From positions 7,121 to 71,120 of the forward strand of contig CACLCM010000006.1 of NCBI GenBank assembly GCA_902605365.1: 64,000 bases of DNA, written 5' to 3'. This document shows positions 1 through 10,522 of this stretch, piece by piece (the first letter of the stretch is position 1; the number at the start of each line of letters is the position of its first letter). The DNA is from an uncultured Candidatus Poseidoniales archaeon (GTDB lineage Archaea > Thermoplasmatota > Poseidoniia > Poseidoniales > Poseidoniaceae). The translations under genes and the position numbers were made by a program. The notes below the pieces were generated by a model, which was given only the letters and a program-made list of their open reading frames with translations, did no database searches and was not told where the DNA came from.

Positions 1-313
1 ATGTCACGACCATGGTCTCCATGTAATGCCAGGTCTCGTCACCCATAACTGAAGAGACTTCCATTGAATAACCAATTGTAGAAGTTATGTTATCCATGTC
101 TGGTCCTTCATCCATCAAATTGACGAAAGAAACAATTCCTGCTTCAAGGTCATCTTCTAAAGCGCACAAGCCGCTTTCAGTAGCATTTTCATCATAATTC
201 AAAGCGCTTTCATCATCGCAACCTTCGATACTAACGACGTCATCGTCATCTGAACTTAGACATCCAGCTAGTAGTAATAGGGCAGTCAAACATATGGCTA
301 TTGCTTTATCCAT
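1..313 (-). CDS. Putative lipoprotein, runs off the window edge (not in the ORF track)
   Basis: Manual translation from ATG at 313: MDKAIAICLTALLLLAGCLSSDDDDVVSIEGCDDESALNYDENATESGLC...; the frame is open to position 1. It has a signal peptide with an LAGC lipobox and a GCxxxxAxNYDxNAT motif. Confidence 0.8.
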   Translation of the reverse strand, partial: MDKAIAICLTALLLLAGCLSSDDDDVVSIEGCDDESALNYDENATESGLCALEDDLEAGIVSFVNLMDEGPDMDNITSTIGYSMEVSSVMGDETWHYMETMVVT

Positions 314-353
314 AGACCATATGGCGTTGCGGCTCCTTTATCAAAGGTTCCAT

Positions 354-797
354 TCATGAAACTGACAGCAATTCAGTACCTTGTTCAACTTGGTCTCCTT
401 GCTGATAAAAGATTGATTCTATTACGCCGTCAGAACCTGCAGTAATTTTGTGCTCCATCTTCATCGCTTCCATTATCATCAAAGTTTCACCTGCAGAAAC
501 TGTTTGTCCAACCTTGACATGAACTTCGAGAATCTTACCTGGCATTGGAGCAGTTAGCCCTTTGTCATCATCTGAGCCAACAGCACCCGGTTCGATTACT
601 TCGAATTGAAGCGTGTGTCCTAAGACATGAACCCACCATACATCTCCAACCTTAGTTGCAGTAGCTTTGTGTTTTCGACCATCCAATTCTAACCACAATT
701 CATCCCCCATGTGAAGCATCATTCCTTCATGAATGAAGGTTGAGCCGTCACGTTGCGGCGAAATTTCAATTCGGTCGCCGCCGAACTTAAATTCCAT
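354..797 (-). CDS. Biotin carboxyl carrier subunit (BT-barrel part plus BCCP) of an acyl-CoA carboxylase, probably methylcrotonyl-CoA carboxylase
   Basis: APMPG...EAMKMEH biotinylation motif. ATG at 795-797 overlaps the upstream TGA (TGATG coupling). Confidence 0.9.
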   Translation of the reverse strand: MEFKFGGDRIEISPQRDGSTFIHEGMMLHMGDELWLELDGRKHKATATKVGDVWWVHVLGHTLQFEVIEPGAVGSDDDKGLTAPMPGKILEVHVKVGQTVSAGETLMIMEAMKMEHKITAGSDGVIESIFYQQGDQVEQGTELLSVS

Positions 798-2284
798 CAA
801 GGCAACCTCCTGTTGATAGTTTGGAATGGAGAAGGAGCCACTTGAGAAGTTGCTCCAACTGAAATTGTATTACCGTGATTATTTGATTCGCAAGCAGATG
901 CTATCAGCAAACCAGCATCAGTGATTATTGATTCCATGTCTGGAGTCCAACCTTCAGGCCAAAGCCTGTCGATCATATCCGTAGTAGTCCAACCATCTAC
1001 TACATCAGGGTGATAGCATAACTCTCTGAGGAACCTGACATTGGTTGTACAACCCAGAATTACAAAGTCATCTAAAGCCCTGCCCATTCTTTGGAGGGCT
1101 TCTTGCCTAGAAGGTGCCCAGACAATCAATTTCGCAAGCATTGGGTCATAATCTGGAGTTACATCATCTCCTTCTCGGACTCCTGTATCCAAGCGTACTC
1201 CGGGTCCAGTTGGCGCAATAAATCGCTTTAGTTTACCTATAGCGGGAAGGAAATTGTTCGATGGGTCTTCAGCATACAACCGAACTTCAATCGCATGGCC
1301 ACGCATAGATAACTCACCACAACTCATCGGCTCGCCACCTGCGATTCGAAGTTGTTCTCTGACTAAATCTACACCTGTAACCATCTCAGTAACCGGATGT
1401 TCTACCTGTATTCGAGTATTCATTTCCAAAAAGAAAAACTCTCCTTTTGGAGTTACAAGGAATTCAACTGTCCCTGCGCCTTCATAATTAACAGCAGCCG
1501 CTGCAGCACATGCTGCTTGACCCATGGCTTCTCTCAGTTCAGCATCCAGTGCAACGCTTGGAGACTCTTCGAATACTTTCTGGTGTCTTCTTTGAACACT
1601 GCATTCTCTTTCTCCGAGGTGAATTGTACGTCCATATTTATCTGCTAAAACTTGAATTTCAATATGGCGACTTCCAGTTAGGAGTCTTTCAACATAGATT
1701 CGGTCATCGCCAAATGCATTCAGTGCCTCCCTCATCGCCGCCTTTGCTTCACTCTCAAGATTTGAAGCATCGTGAACCGCACGCATTCCTTTGCCACCGC
1801 CACCAGATGTGGCTTTGAGTAAGAGAGGATATCCTACAGAAGGAGCCACAGCAAGGACTTCTTCTAAACCGCCTTCAACTTCTTCACCCGGAATAACAGG
1901 CACTCCTGCAGCCTTCATGGTGATCCTTGCAGTCATTTTGTCTCCCATCTTGGTAATGGCATCAGGAGATGGACCTACCCAAATTAATCCTGCATCCATA
2001 ACCGCCTGTGCAAAATCCGCTCTTTCTGAAAGGAAACCAAAACCTGGGTGAATTGAGTCACATCCATTATCGATTGCTATTTTGAGAATTTGTTCTTGGT
2101 TAAGGTATGTCTCAGCAAGGCCCTCACCTTCTAATTGAATGCTAATATCTGCAAGTTCAGTAAACATAGTACCCGCATCATTTGCTGCATTGATTGCAAC
2201 TCCTTCGATACCTGCTTCCTTGCAAGCTCGTAAAATTCGGCATGCAATCTCACCGCGATTGGCGACGAGAGTGCGCTTTAGCAT
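797..2284 (-). CDS. Biotin carboxylase subunit of an acyl-CoA (methylcrotonyl-CoA) carboxylase
   Basis: ANRGEIA, HPGFGFLSE, GGGGKGMR, ERECSVQRRHQK and EMNTRIQVEHPVTE motifs. Start moved to MLKRTLV (ATG 2282-2284). Confidence 0.93.
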   Translation of the reverse strand: MLKRTLVANRGEIACRILRACKEAGIEGVAINAANDAGTMFTELADISIQLEGEGLAETYLNQEQILKIAIDNGCDSIHPGFGFLSERADFAQAVMDAGLIWVGPSPDAITKMGDKMTARITMKAAGVPVIPGEEVEGGLEEVLAVAPSVGYPLLLKATSGGGGKGMRAVHDASNLESEAKAAMREALNAFGDDRIYVERLLTGSRHIEIQVLADKYGRTIHLGERECSVQRRHQKVFEESPSVALDAELREAMGQAACAAAAAVNYEGAGTVEFLVTPKGEFFFLEMNTRIQVEHPVTEMVTGVDLVREQLRIAGGEPMSCGELSMRGHAIEVRLYAEDPSNNFLPAIGKLKRFIAPTGPGVRLDTGVREGDDVTPDYDPMLAKLIVWAPSRQEALQRMGRALDDFVILGCTTNVRFLRELCYHPDVVDGWTTTDMIDRLWPEGWTPDMESIITDAGLLIASACESNNHGNTISVGATSQVAPSPFQTINRRLP

Positions 2285-2288
2285 CGAA

Positions 2289-3125
2289 TCACTCCTCTGG
2301 TTTCCAAGATGCACCGCGTTTCTCGAGGAAAGAAGAGAGACCTTCTTGCCCCTCATCACTACCTCTCATTCGGCTAGTAAAGTCAAGTGTCCATAATCGT
2401 AGTGATTCATCATCGCCAGACCATCGGTCAAATCCAACAGTCAATTCTTTTGCAGCGGTGACCGCACATGGCCCTGTTGAAAGAACTTCAGAAATGATTT
2501 TTGAAGGGTCTAAGGAATCATCAATCGCATCGATCATCCCAATACGTAGAGCCTCAGTAGTATCCATCCTACCAGCCAGCATTGCATGGCGGCGGAAATT
2601 TGCACTACCCATTCTACGATATACATACGGGCCAATCACAGCAGGAAGAATTCCCAATTTCCCTTCAGATAATGCAATCTTGACTCCGGAGTTACAAATC
2701 ACATGGTCAAGACATGCTATCAAACCAGCGCCTCCTCCTAATGCGACTCCTTGAACCAATCCAATGGTGAAACAAGGGTGTGCCCAAAGTCCATTGAACA
2801 ATGCATCCAACCTTTCTGAGTCTCTTCGGTTTTCCTCAGGAGTATTAGCTCCTGCATCTCGCATCATGTTGATATCTGCACCTGCACAGAAGTGCTTGCC
2901 CATTCCTGCTAGTTTGAGTACTCGCAAGTAGGGTGTTCCATCTTCTGATGTGAGATGGCCTTGGACCCCAACTGAGTTCTCTGCAGTCCAAGTGAATACT
3001 TCAATCAATTCGGTAATCATTTGAACATTCAAGGCATTGTATTTGTCAGGTCTAGCCAAACTTACGCTAGCAATGCATCCGTCTATGTCCAATTGAATAA
3101 GTGAAGTTGCGGGTTGATTATTCAT
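2289..3125 (-). CDS. liuC: Enoyl-CoA hydratase/isomerase family protein, probable methylglutaconyl-CoA hydratase
   Basis: RPDKYNALN, FCAGAD, GVALGGGAGL, LSEGKLGILPAVIGPYV and EGQEGLSSFLEKR motifs; lies between the Mcc subunit genes. Confidence 0.82.
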   Translation of the reverse strand: MNNQPATSLIQLDIDGCIASVSLARPDKYNALNVQMITELIEVFTWTAENSVGVQGHLTSEDGTPYLRVLKLAGMGKHFCAGADINMMRDAGANTPEENRRDSERLDALFNGLWAHPCFTIGLVQGVALGGGAGLIACLDHVICNSGVKIALSEGKLGILPAVIGPYVYRRMGSANFRRHAMLAGRMDTTEALRIGMIDAIDDSLDPSKIISEVLSTGPCAVTAAKELTVGFDRWSGDDESLRLWTLDFTSRMRGSDEGQEGLSSFLEKRGASWKPEE

Positions 3126-3160
3126 GTCTAATTCCTCAATTGCAAAAATTAAAAATCCAA

Positions 3161-4771
3161 TTACATTCTAAATACGCCAAATCGGTCATTTGGTAACTTC
3201 GCGTTTTGACTAGCAGCGATACATAATCCAAGTACATCTCTAGTATCTCTTGGGTCGATTATACCGTCATCCCAAATACGAGCTGTCGAGTAATATGGGC
3301 TACCTTCGGTCTCGTACTTTTCGAGAATTGGGGCTCTGAAGTTATCCAACTCTTCGCCATCCATTGGCTCCTTACCTTCTCTTGCTCTTTGGTCTTGTTT
3401 TACAGTTGCAAGTACGTCAGCTGCCTGTGGCCCACCCATGACAGATATTCGGCTATTAGGCCACATGAACAGGAATCTAGGGTCGTATGCTCGCCCGCAC
3501 ATACCGTAATTTCCAGCGCCGTGTGAGCCGCCGATTATCACTGTAAACTTTGGAACGTTTACACAGGAAACTGCAGTTACTAACTTTGCACCATCCTTGG
3601 CGATGCCACCTGCTTCATACGCCTTACCTACCATGAAGCCAGTAATGTTCTGCAAGAAGATTAGAGGTATTCCTCTTTGTCCGCACAACTCAACAAAGTG
3701 CGCACCCTTGAGAGAGGATTCAGAAAATAGGATTCCGTTATTTGCTACAATTCCAACCTTGTAGCCATGGATATGAGCAAAACCGCAGACCAGAGTTTGG
3801 CCATATCGTGCTTTGAATTCATGAAACCTACTGCCATCGACAATTCTAGCGATTATCTCTTTGATGTCAACAGGTGTTCGATTGTCTGAAGGAATTAGTC
3901 CGAGTAAATCTTCTACATCATGGAATGGTTCTGCAGATTCGATTCTATCAAATGGTGCTAATTCTCTTGAACCTAGGTTTTCAACGACGTTGCGAACCAT
4001 TCGCAATGCTTCTGTTTCATCCTCTGCAAAGTGATCGGCCACTCCGCTTTGAGCGGTGTGAACATCAGCTCCACCCAACTCTTCAGCCGTGACCTCCTCA
4101 CCCGTAGCAGCCTTCACCAAAGGAGGCCCGGCTAGGAAGATTGTACCATTGCCTTTGACGATAATCGACTCATCACTCATCGCCGGAACATATGCTCCGC
4201 CAGCAGTACAACTACCCAATACAGCAGCAACTTGAGGAATACCATCTCCTGACATCCTTGCTTGATTGCGGAAGATACGTCCGAAGTGGCCAATGTCAGG
4301 GAATACTTCATCCTGCATAGGAAGGAAAGCACCACCTGAATCAACCAGGTAAATGCATGGTAAATTGTTCTCATGCGCTACTGTTTGTGCACGGATGTGT
4401 TTCTTGACTGTCATTGGATAGTAGGATCCACCTTTGACTGTAGCATCATTAGCTACAAACAAACACTCGCGGCCATGCACCATACCGACCCCTGTAACGA
4501 TGCCTGCACTATTGGCACGTCCGTCATACAATTCGTATGCAGCTAGCGGTGAAAGTTCGAGGAACGCAGTCCCTGGGTCGATGATTTTCTCAATACGCTC
4601 TCTCGCCAACATTTTGTCACGGCTTCGATGCCTTTCGACATATTTTCCACCGCCACCTTGGCTGACTAATTCTAGCCTTTCGCGTAAAGTTTCGACCAAT
4701 TCTAAATTATGAGTTCGCCTGTTTTGGAAGTCCGTATCGGCTCGGTTTACTCGTGTTGGTAACCTATCCAT
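3161..4771 (-). CDS. mccB: Methylcrotonoyl-CoA carboxylase beta (carboxyltransferase) subunit
   Basis: [60 protein letters not shown] and C-terminal FGVFRM, typical of MccB/LiuB. Confidence 0.92.
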   Translation of the reverse strand: MDRLPTRVNRADTDFQNRRTHNLELVETLRERLELVSQGGGGKYVERHRSRDKMLARERIEKIIDPGTAFLELSPLAAYELYDGRANSAGIVTGVGMVHGRECLFVANDATVKGGSYYPMTVKKHIRAQTVAHENNLPCIYLVDSGGAFLPMQDEVFPDIGHFGRIFRNQARMSGDGIPQVAAVLGSCTAGGAYVPAMSDESIIVKGNGTIFLAGPPLVKAATGEEVTAEELGGADVHTAQSGVADHFAEDETEALRMVRNVVENLGSRELAPFDRIESAEPFHDVEDLLGLIPSDNRTPVDIKEIIARIVDGSRFHEFKARYGQTLVCGFAHIHGYKVGIVANNGILFSESSLKGAHFVELCGQRGIPLIFLQNITGFMVGKAYEAGGIAKDGAKLVTAVSCVNVPKFTVIIGGSHGAGNYGMCGRAYDPRFLFMWPNSRISVMGGPQAADVLATVKQDQRAREGKEPMDGEELDNFRAPILEKYETEGSPYYSTARIWDDGIIDPRDTRDVLGLCIAASQNAKLPNDRFGVFRM

Positions 4772-4821
4772 AACTGCCCCTCCACATTGACCGAAGGATG
4801 AGTTCGACTTGAATCAACCGC

Positions 4822-6099
4822 TTAGACACCCAGTATCAAACGCCCTATGTCCCTTAATCCTGGAGCCATTCCTACAATCATAACAGCCAATACAATTAGA
4901 ACTCGTAAATGCTGTTGCTTTCTTTCGATACGCATTTGAGAAAACAGCCAAATTATCAGAGTTACAATTGATGCTTTGACTAGGAAGAAAAGCCATGCTC
5001 CTTCTCCAAAGACATCCAAACTATCTCCAAATTGGATAACTGCATCTGAAACTGGATGTTTCTCAGAGTATCCAAACCAATCTATACCCACCATTGTTGC
5101 CAATCCATCACAGAGTTGCCCAAATAGCATACCTGCAACCATTGGTGTAGCAAGTATTCCTTTTGGAGTTAGCATCTCAACTGGATGTTCTGAGCGGTCA
5201 GTACTTTCCCATTCATTCAAAGTTAGACCATCAGGGATCAAGCCTACCTCGTTACCTGTCAACCGCAACTGGGCTAAATCCTCTTCACCCTGGCGCCAAA
5301 CTGCCCATGTTATGATAAGAGGTAATACAACTACTACAAGAACAGGCCAAATTATCTCGTTATCTCTTGGCATCATTCCACTATCTTGAACCCAAGGTGT
5401 TGATGCGAGTTGAGCCCAATGTCCAAGACCCATTGTTATCAGCCCAATAGCAAATGCCAGCATAGCTCTAGGTATTGCTTGCCAGTCCCAAGTGTTGTGA
5501 AGTACTACGGCAATCATTACCGCTCCAGCAATAGAGCCACTAAGTACCCAGAAGTGCCCGATATCGTGCTCGTGAACATTTGGTAAGACCAGTAATCCAG
5601 TGAATGCAATATACGCAAATAGAAGCATTGCCAACATGGAAATGTGACTTTTACGACCTATATGTCCAATCACTGCTGAAATGATTAGCCAAGCCGCTAA
5701 ATGGATGTGAATCAGGGGCGAGATGAATAGTACATCCACGCCCTCTGCAAAATAATCAGCATCTTCCATCACTCTTAGAACTGGAGCCAAAACAACCCAA
5801 GACATCAATGCCCAGACCATTTTGTCATCGACTGGCAATTGCCATTTGCGAAATAGAGCTTGGAAAGCAATAACAGCAGCAAGCATAGTCAAAATGTAGA
5901 CGAAGGTATTGACTCCTGAATAGCCTGCATCGCCACTTTCACCTGCATCTTTGACAATAGGGTCCCAGATGTATACTTTGAAGAAATCATCCCAGAATAT
6001 TTCAGGAGCAAACAGCAGACCTGCGAGAATTATTACTCCGACTAAGCCAAATAATCCAAGAAGAATCCGCTCTCCTTGGGAGAACTCAGTATCTTCCAT
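4822..6099 (-). CDS. DUF63-family integral membrane protein (candidate Lgt-like archaeal lipoprotein-lipidation enzyme)
   Basis: About 11-12 hydrophobic segments; GY-x-x-VNT, LRVMEDA, DGLATMVGID, YSEKHP and GMAPGLRD motifs recognised as DUF63. Confidence 0.75.
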   Translation of the reverse strand: MEDTEFSQGERILLGLFGLVGVIILAGLLFAPEIFWDDFFKVYIWDPIVKDAGESGDAGYSGVNTFVYILTMLAAVIAFQALFRKWQLPVDDKMVWALMSWVVLAPVLRVMEDADYFAEGVDVLFISPLIHIHLAAWLIISAVIGHIGRKSHISMLAMLLFAYIAFTGLLVLPNVHEHDIGHFWVLSGSIAGAVMIAVVLHNTWDWQAIPRAMLAFAIGLITMGLGHWAQLASTPWVQDSGMMPRDNEIIWPVLVVVVLPLIITWAVWRQGEEDLAQLRLTGNEVGLIPDGLTLNEWESTDRSEHPVEMLTPKGILATPMVAGMLFGQLCDGLATMVGIDWFGYSEKHPVSDAVIQFGDSLDVFGEGAWLFFLVKASIVTLIIWLFSQMRIERKQQHLRVLIVLAVMIVGMAPGLRDIGRLILGV

Positions 6100-6146
6100 A
6101 ATTCTACCTCAGTCTAATTCGGGTGATGATAGTTACCCGTAATAGA

Positions 6147-6845
6147 TCACTCTTCTTCTTCAGAAGCGACACGAGGTTCGTGTACTTCGACGAAGGATAC
6201 CTTTCCTGCTTCGACCGCATCCCTTAGGACGGTTACTAGGCGGAATTTTTGCATTGCTGCATTAGTATCGAAAAGCATAGTTTGCGGTACGATTACAGAG
6301 ATGTCATCTCCATCAAAGGATACTTCGAATCCGTCGTGGCCAGTATTAGCCTCAAGGAGGGCAGAGACTTTCTCTTCCTTACCTTCGATGACCTTTACAA
6401 TCTTGTAATCATACTTTAGAGAGCGACCAGACATTGGGTGGTTGTAATCGATACGTGCACGGCCAGCAGCTAGGTAGGAAAGAGTTCCTTGGCGACCTTC
6501 AACTTGAACTGGTCCGCCGATGTAGAGTGACTTAGGGTCACGTACATGTCGAAGAAGTTTGTCGATTGAGATTGTTTCAATCTGTGCTGGGTCTTTTTCT
6601 CCATAAGCATCCGCAGGTGCTATTTCCAATGAAATGTCTTTGTCTGCCTCAGCTTCTAGGAGGCTTGCTTCGAATCCTGCAATCAGGTTTCCTGAGCCAA
6701 CAACGCATACTAGTGGCGTGTAACTACGCCCCTCTTGGTGCATCTCATGTTCCTTTGCAACATCTTCTCGAGTTGTTTCAATTAAATCGCCGGACTCTGC
6801 GTTGTACAAATCGTACTCCACATGGACAATGGTTCCTTCTTCCAT
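6147..6845 (-). CDS. slyD: Long-type archaeal FKBP peptidyl-prolyl cis-trans isomerase
   Basis: LIAGFEASL, IAPADAYGEKD and IDYNHPMSGRSL motifs; AGGTGA Shine-Dalgarno at 6852-6857. Confidence 0.9.
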   Translation of the reverse strand: MEEGTIVHVEYDLYNAESGDLIETTREDVAKEHEMHQEGRSYTPLVCVVGSGNLIAGFEASLLEAEADKDISLEIAPADAYGEKDPAQIETISIDKLLRHVRDPKSLYIGGPVQVEGRQGTLSYLAAGRARIDYNHPMSGRSLKYDYKIVKVIEGKEEKVSALLEANTGHDGFEVSFDGDDISVIVPQTMLFDTNAAMQKFRLVTVLRDAVEAGKVSFVEVHEPRVASEEEE

Positions 6846-6900
6846 GGTATCTCACCTATCGCCCCCTACGGGGGCATTCCGGCGACAAACCGTCCCTATT

Positions 6901-9213
6901 TCAATCAGTTGGGTCGCGACGGGGAATCCAAATGGCCAGACTAGCCAATAACATAAGGCTCCATCCACCCCATACCAAATGTATTCCAGGAAGGTCATAA
7001 ACCATGATTCTAACCAGGTCACTACCTTCCATCAAAGAGCGCGCTTGAGTGCCATCCATTATCAAAACCAAGTCTCCGTGCCACATACTTACTCGGTCTA
7101 CTTCAGAGCGAGACCTCGAGTCAAAACGTATCACTCCCGGCTCAACTGTTTCGATTAATTCACCATCACCGTCATAGACCTTGATTACTGCTCCGAGATA
7201 GCCATCGCCTACTTCTAAATCATCTCCGCTTTGAGTTACAACTTCAACGAATTCGAACTGATAGTCGCCCCACTCAACTTTCTCATCTTGAATTAGAGTA
7301 ACGCTATGGGAATAAGTTCCTCTATCGATGATTGTGGTGCTCATCACATGCCCGATAACGAGTAGAACCAAACCTAAGTGTATGAAATGGGCAAAGAAAG
7401 TGATTTTTCTTTTACCGGAATTCTCTCGAATTAATGACACAGTCGCCGGTAGAGCCAACAAAGCAGGAAGTAAAACTACCATCCCGATTTGACCTCTGCT
7501 GAGTGATGCACCCAGAATATCTGAAGAATCATATCCTAGGCCATTCCCAAATTGCCATGCGAATAACAAGATCAACGGAGTTGAAACTAGTAGGTAGAAA
7601 ACTCGTTGTGGTTTATCCCTCAGACTCCACATCACGAATGCTAACATTACTGCAGCGATGAATGGCGCACCATACAACTCGTGCGCTGCAAATTGAATTG
7701 AATCGATACTAGAAATTAATATCACTAAAGTCAATATCAGATATAATCCAACAGCAACTACTGGAGTCCACAGGGCGATCCTTTGCTGGAATTTGCGTTC
7801 TTTGAAAGAAAATCTCGATGATTCACCTTCTTCTGCGATGAACCACGGTGAGATGAAAGTCGCCATACCTACTGCACATATCCAGATATCGAGCATTCCT
7901 GACCATGAGGCTGCAAGGAATAGTATCACTCCGCAACTTGCCCAACCCCAAGCTTTGAGACGATCTTTTTCAAAGATTAATCCGAATGCGAATAATAGTG
8001 AAAGTAGTTCGAAGAGCACCATTCCGTGAATAAACCTCAATCCAACCATAACCGCTGGAATTGCAAACCACTTCCAATCATGTCCATCTGACAAGGACCT
8101 AATTCCAGATTCTACAAATGGACCTAGTCCTACTAGCACAAGCAGAGTTGGAGAGAAACCATCGAGTACATCCCCTCCACCTATTACTCCGATGACTGCG
8201 GTAAAAGGCAAGAGGAAGAGCCACCATTGGGAAAACTTAGTTCCCAACCTCGTTGCAAGAAAAATACCCATTAATTGGATTAGGCCCAACAAGTAAACCA
8301 CAACTTCAATTCCACTAATATCTGAAAGAACGACCATCATCCTACCAAAAACATCAGTCGGTGGAGAGCCTGCTGAATTGATGACGAATGTATGAACGCT
8401 GACCGCCCAAACTCCACCTGCTCGGGTCACCATCGTTGCAAATAGTGCGAGTGCCCCTGATGCCATCGCAATGCCTGCCCAAATATGGTCTGGAGTTTTT
8501 CCAGGTCTGGTTCTAAGATGAAGTAGAACTACAATGCAAATCCATGGTAATAGTGAACCGGTTTCAACCGGATCCCAAGCCCAATAACCACCCCAGTCAA
8601 GTATGAGGTAGGCCCATAATCCGCCCAAACCAATTCCCAAAGTGGCAAAGAAAAACGAGGGCCTTGCAACATGAATCAAGCGTTCTTTGATACCCTTTGA
8701 GTTCGTAAGCAAGGAAGATATTCCAATCGAAGTTAAAGTCAGACAAAGAGAATAAGCTAAGAATATCAAAGGTGGATGAATAACCATCAAGTCAGTCTGT
8801 AGAAGTTCGTTAAGACCAGGCCCTACTCCAGTTGATGACTTGAATGGCTCAAGTATCCAAGCGACCAGTAACAGAGATAATGCAAACCCATTCATCAATC
8901 TTAGTCTCAAAAGGTGAGTTTCTTCGTTTTCCCCAGATAGTGGATTTCTCCAGATGGTCGATAACAATGCCATCCATGCAACCCAAAGTAAAATCGGCCC
9001 TTCTCTTGCAGCCCATGTGGCTGCAAAGCGGTAACGCAATGGTAGTTCTTCACCGCCATACCAGGCCACTAAATGTATGGAATCAAAATTCAAAGTAAAC
9101 ATGGTTGCTAACGCAAAAAATGGTAAAGCCATCAACCAAGTTAATCGGGCATCTGGACGATAGGTTACCCATGCTGCGATTGTTACCGCAAAAGGCATTA
9201 TCAGGGATTCCAT
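6901..9213 (-). CDS. ccmF: Cytochrome c-type biogenesis heme lyase (CcmF/CcsA family)
   Basis: W-x-x-x-EG, IHPP, WWD domain WAYLILDWGGYWAWDPVETGSLLPW, SVH and many TM helices. Start set at MESLIM after a GGTGA SD. Confidence 0.88.
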   Translation of the reverse strand: MESLIMPFAVTIAAWVTYRPDARLTWLMALPFFALATMFTLNFDSIHLVAWYGGEELPLRYRFAATWAAREGPILLWVAWMALLSTIWRNPLSGENEETHLLRLRLMNGFALSLLLVAWILEPFKSSTGVGPGLNELLQTDLMVIHPPLIFLAYSLCLTLTSIGISSLLTNSKGIKERLIHVARPSFFFATLGIGLGGLWAYLILDWGGYWAWDPVETGSLLPWICIVVLLHLRTRPGKTPDHIWAGIAMASGALALFATMVTRAGGVWAVSVHTFVINSAGSPPTDVFGRMMVVLSDISGIEVVVYLLGLIQLMGIFLATRLGTKFSQWWLFLLPFTAVIGVIGGGDVLDGFSPTLLVLVGLGPFVESGIRSLSDGHDWKWFAIPAVMVGLRFIHGMVLFELLSLLFAFGLIFEKDRLKAWGWASCGVILFLAASWSGMLDIWICAVGMATFISPWFIAEEGESSRFSFKERKFQQRIALWTPVVAVGLYLILTLVILISSIDSIQFAAHELYGAPFIAAVMLAFVMWSLRDKPQRVFYLLVSTPLILLFAWQFGNGLGYDSSDILGASLSRGQIGMVVLLPALLALPATVSLIRENSGKRKITFFAHFIHLGLVLLVIGHVMSTTIIDRGTYSHSVTLIQDEKVEWGDYQFEFVEVVTQSGDDLEVGDGYLGAVIKVYDGDGELIETVEPGVIRFDSRSRSEVDRVSMWHGDLVLIMDGTQARSLMEGSDLVRIMVYDLPGIHLVWGGWSLMLLASLAIWIPRRDPTD

Positions 9214-9217
9214 TAAT

Positions 9218-10444
9218 TCACCAACCGAAATGTTTGGCGCGTGAATAACCAAAGGAAAGTAGTACGCTAACTACTCCTTTAGTATACAAAATTGGATGCC
9301 TGACCAACAATTTTAATCCGATCCAAATCTTATCCAAAGGAGACATTGAACCCAATTCCTCTGGCAGACAATGCGCCATATTGGATAGTTCTTGGTCGGA
9401 AAGGTCGTAAAGTGAAGTTTTACCTTTGAGGATTTTGTGATATGGAGGGAAACGCTTTTTCCAAGCTTTCACGTAAGGTTGCATTTTTGCATTTGATAAA
9501 TCATCTGCAGAGATAGCTGCAGAGATGGTTAAAGCAGCCTCTCTACCAGACCAAAGGGCAAGATGTGAGCCTCCTTCGAAAAGAGGTGAAGTAAATCCTG
9601 CTGCATCTCCCACCAATATGAGCCCGTCACCTGTTGTGATTTCTCTAGGTCCAGAAATCGGAATTGTGCCGCCAAATGGCTTTGGTTTGATTCCTTTCTT
9701 TCTCCATTCAGGGTTTTGAATTTCCTTTCCTTTTAGATAAGTATCTTCAACGAATTTATCTAGATATTTTATCGCTCCTCTTTTGTCGGTAGTAACCAAA
9801 CCTACGTTCGCCCTACCGCCCTTTTTAGGAATCATCCAAACATATCCATGTGGTGAATATTCGGGCCATAAGTAGAAATCCAGATAGCCGTCATTTTCAA
9901 CTTCTGTCATTTCATATTGGAAGCCAGCAATTACCTCAATGGTAGTGCCCATCCCCAATAATTTTGTAGCGGCACCCGTAACTCCTGAAGCATCAATAAC
10001 AGCCTTACATTCAATTGGAAATTCATTTCCTCGGCCGTCAATTTTCCAATTGGTAAACTTATTTTCGCTATTGTAAATTCTTTCCATTGAAGTGACACGG
10101 TGTGAAAGGTGCAAAGTAGCACCTTTTTCAACGGCTTCACTGCATAGCCACTGCTCAAACTTGTGCTTCTCCAAAACATATCCTTTCTCTGTCAGAAGCT
10201 TGGCTGTACCATCTGGGAAAATTACTCTGATACCTTTACAATCGAGAGCGATGACTTCCTCAGGCAATTCGAGATCTAAATTATCAATCGCCATCTGAGA
10301 AAGACACTCTCCGCAATGCACCGGAACGCCAACCTGCGAGTCGGCTTCAACAATCATTGTCTTGAGACCGGCACGAGAGGCATGCAGAGCGGCAGAACCG
10401 CCGCCCGGGCCCGCCCCAATTACCAGAACATCGCAACTCGCCAT
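9218..10444 (-). CDS. Geranylgeranyl reductase family FAD oxidoreductase
   Basis: GAGPGG FAD loop, CGECL, PHGYVWMIP, ANVG and GDAAG motifs. Confidence 0.88.
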   Translation of the reverse strand: MASCDVLVIGAGPGGGSAALHASRAGLKTMIVEADSQVGVPVHCGECLSQMAIDNLDLELPEEVIALDCKGIRVIFPDGTAKLLTEKGYVLEKHKFEQWLCSEAVEKGATLHLSHRVTSMERIYNSENKFTNWKIDGRGNEFPIECKAVIDASGVTGAATKLLGMGTTIEVIAGFQYEMTEVENDGYLDFYLWPEYSPHGYVWMIPKKGGRANVGLVTTDKRGAIKYLDKFVEDTYLKGKEIQNPEWRKKGIKPKPFGGTIPISGPREITTGDGLILVGDAAGFTSPLFEGGSHLALWSGREAALTISAAISADDLSNAKMQPYVKAWKKRFPPYHKILKGKTSLYDLSDQELSNMAHCLPEELGSMSPLDKIWIGLKLLVRHPILYTKGVVSVLLSFGYSRAKHFGW

Positions 10445-10522
10445 GCCTCCCCGTAGGGGAGGCGGGACTTCAATGAGTCGGCACAGAACAAGTATTCATG
10501 AGGAATGTCTCGTAGCGGTATC

